Below are positions 63,528-64,000 of a stretch of DNA of 64,000 nucleotides, piece by piece. Source of the stretch: a virus (taxonomy: Duplodnaviria; Caudoviricetes); the IMG/VR virus record IMGVR_UViG_3300027924_001186, positions 1 through 64,000 of that record. One strand, written 5' to 3'. The notes under the pieces were generated by a model that worked only from the letters and a program-made list of their open reading frames with translations, ran no database searches and was not told where the DNA came from. The translations under genes and the position numbers were made by a program. How positions within the stretch are numbered: the first letter of the stretch is position 1; every line of letters begins with the position of its first letter.

Positions 63528-64000
63528 TTTGTTTACTGGACTATAGTCAAATCGTAATCTCATCCGCCATAGAATACTATTCGCAAACCAAGGAAGCCAT
63601 CGAACTTCCTCTTCTCCGTCACATTTCTTTGAATAACATCCTGTCGTATAGGAAGAAGTTCAAGGCGAAGATCGAGGAGATGGTAATCTGCTGCGATGGC
63701 AGAGATTACTGGAGAAAGGGCGTCTTCCCTCTCTACAAGCAGAATAGAAAGAAGGATCACGACAAATCGGATTTTAACTGGGATAAGTTCTTCGAGGACT
63801 TTAACCAGATCAAAACCGAGATCAAAACCGAACTACCTTTTAATGTGGTAGAAGTCTATGGCTGCGAGGCAGATGATGTTATCGCAGTTCTCAGCAAGCA
63901 GCAGTGCCCTCATCAGGATAGAATCATCATCATATCCAGCGACAAGGACTTAATTCAGATACAGGAGAATATCTGTCCGAAAGTCGAGCAATGGTCTCCG
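63524..64000 (+). CDS. rnh: T4-type RNase H / 5'-3' exonuclease (partial)
   Basis: LLDYSQI, CCDGRDYWRK, YKQNR, EADDVI, SSDKDLIQ; runs off the window. Confidence 0.9.
   Translation, partial: MICLLDYSQIVISSAIEYYSQTKEAIELPLLRHISLNNILSYRKKFKAKIEEMVICCDGRDYWRKGVFPLYKQNRKKDHDKSDFNWDKFFEDFNQIKTEIKTELPFNVVEVYGCEADDVIAVLSKQQCPHQDRIIIISSDKDLIQIQENICPKVEQWSP

Overview
64 kb of a large T4-like myophage genome. Host is probably a proteobacterium (inferred from the bacterial-type prs/purN/purC). The window holds the replication/recombination core (uvsW, gp55, gp47/46, gp45, gp44/62, regA, dut, gp43, uvsX, gp41, gp61, rnh) and baseplate hub genes (gp26, gp51, a ~1650-aa hub/tape-measure-like protein with peptidoglycan hydrolase domains). 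Accessory genes: a nucleotide-metabolism set (guaB, purN, prs, purC, a purine PRTase, pyrE), a 7-deazaguanine cluster (folE, queD-like, dpdA/TGT-like, queE), a TROVE/Ro60 protein, an SqdB-like enzyme, an L,D-transpeptidase and about 16 free-standing homing endonuclease genes. Main observations: (1) guaB is a fractured gene with an IMPDH-1-type split intein flanking a Vsr-like endonuclease; (2) about 40 single-base insertions, 39 of them an extra C just before a coding-strand GG, break essential genes and most endonucleases - most likely a long-read miscall, possibly caused by guanine modification, with recoding as a less likely alternative; (3) unrelated endonuclease families share a portable cassette of face-to-face late promoters, a hairpin and an RBS; (4) a late cluster of nuclease, Pol-beta NTase, ligase-like and HxGH-transferase genes, several with T4 capsid-targeting-like N-termini, suggests virion-injected enzymes. 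No tRNA, rRNA or CRISPR array was recognised. All calls are by eye from motifs; no database search was run. Corrected coordinates assume removal of the extra bases.
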